Positions 23,350-23,714 of a DNA stretch of 23,714 nt are shown in pieces (position 1 is the first letter of the stretch; each line of letters opens with the position of its first letter). Made by a program: the position numbers and the translations under genes. Source of the DNA: Eikenella sp. (GTDB taxonomy: Bacteria > Pseudomonadota > Gammaproteobacteria > Burkholderiales > Neisseriaceae); contig JAUMZB010000019.1 of NCBI GenBank assembly GCA_030528345.1, positions 5,499 to 29,212 of the forward strand, in the 5' to 3' direction. Under the pieces are notes generated by a model. It was not told where the DNA came from and did not search any database. It was given only the letters and a program-made list of their open reading frames with translations.

Positions 23350-23714
23350 CTAAATCATCCGCTGGCCTTGGTCGGGCTGCCTGAAACGGCAGAAACATCA
23401 TTTGGGAGTGGGAATCGCAGATTTACACGGACAAATGATGTTTCGGATTCCGGGCGGTGGTTTTTGCTCGGGCTGACTGAAACGGCAGAAACATCATTTG
23501 GGAGTGGGAATCGCCAGATTTACACGGACAAATGATGTTTCGGATTCCGTGCGGTGGTGTTCGGTCGGGCTAGCTGAAACGGTAGAAACATCATTTGGGA
23601 GTGGAAATCGCCAGATTTGCACGGACAAATGATGTTTCGGATTCCGGGCGGTGGTGCTTGGTCGGGCTAGCTGAAACGGTAGAAACATCATTTGGGAGTG
23701 GAAATCGCCAGATT
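23350..23714. repeat. Tandem array of 96-97 bp repeats (3 full units plus partial units), each with a 13-bp inverted repeat; continues past the window edge
   Basis: Units start at GGGCT at 23374, 23470, 23567 and 23664. Each contains GAAACATCATTTG ... CAAATGATGTTTC (for example 23392-23404 / 23432-23444) around a 27-28 nt loop, and a DUS-like degenerate motif GGGCT(G/A)(C/A/G)CTGAAAC. A partial unit tail lies at about 23350-23373. Confidence 0.85.

Noticed and set aside
22971-23384. 137-aa ORF after the adsorption gene, and the 70-aa ORF 22913..23125 in full
   Set aside because: 22971..23384 reads straight through the 189-bp palindrome, so its two halves are mirror-image artefacts, and it has no RBS. 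Only the internal 52-aa version of 22913..23125 was kept, at low confidence.
23494-23691. 65-aa minus-strand ORF
   Set aside because: It lies entirely within the tandem repeats and its peptide is internally repetitive as a consequence. There is no translation signal.
23350-23714. Possible CRISPR array
   Set aside because: The whole ~97-bp unit repeats, including the would-be spacer, so there are no unique spacers. The period is too long, and no cas genes or leader are in view. This is a tandem repeat array, not CRISPR.
1-23714. tRNA, rRNA, riboswitch or integrase/transposase genes
   Set aside because: I found no cloverleaf-like or rRNA-like conserved sequences by eye, and no product in the window has recombinase or transposase motifs. 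A dedicated tool (tRNAscan-SE, Infernal) would be needed to exclude small RNAs.

Overview
GC-rich Neisseriaceae chromosomal segment, roughly 60% G+C by eye. The 12-mer AGGCTACCTGAA occurs 14 times exactly, plus at least 5 one-mismatch variants, often as inverted pairs in intergenic hairpins. From memory this is the Eikenella-type DNA uptake sequence (DUS) dialect, so the source is probably Eikenella corrodens or a close relative. Layout: (1) 1-3222, minus strand: an osmoprotectant-type ABC transporter (ATPase partial at the window edge, plus a permease/substrate-binding fusion), split by a ~0.65 kb AT-rich islet carrying an orphan 189-aa membrane protein. (2) 3284-8300, minus strand: the proximal dcw cluster mraZ-rsmH-ftsL-penA(ftsI)-murE, with a readable sigma70 promoter and a triplet of MraZ-box-like repeats. 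(3) 8566-14065, plus strand: a MidA/DUF185 methyltransferase, then a three-gene unit bracketed by DUS hairpins: a methyltransferase-like protein with a degenerate SAM motif, an M48-peptidase-like protein with its catalytic positions substituted, and a DUF2254 membrane protein. (4) 14327-18098, minus strand: an operon of DUF350, SPFH/SHOCT, tandem Zn-ribbon/DUF4178, an unannotated 49-aa microprotein and a SAM-decarboxylase-like protein. This is a conserved but functionally uncharacterised membrane module. (5) ~18200-23130: a lower-GC, DUS-free filamentous (Inovirus, Neisseria Nf/MDA-like) prophage module running rep, gV-like, small proteins, major coat, pIII/TspB-like. It ends without a Zot-like assembly ATPase or an integrase. 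A 189-bp palindrome and an array of 96-97 bp tandem repeats follow and run off the window. No rRNA, tRNA or CRISPR array was recognised. Many long ORFs in the supplied track are antisense artefacts of the high GC content. All family assignments rest on motifs read by eye and remembered family signatures, not on searches.
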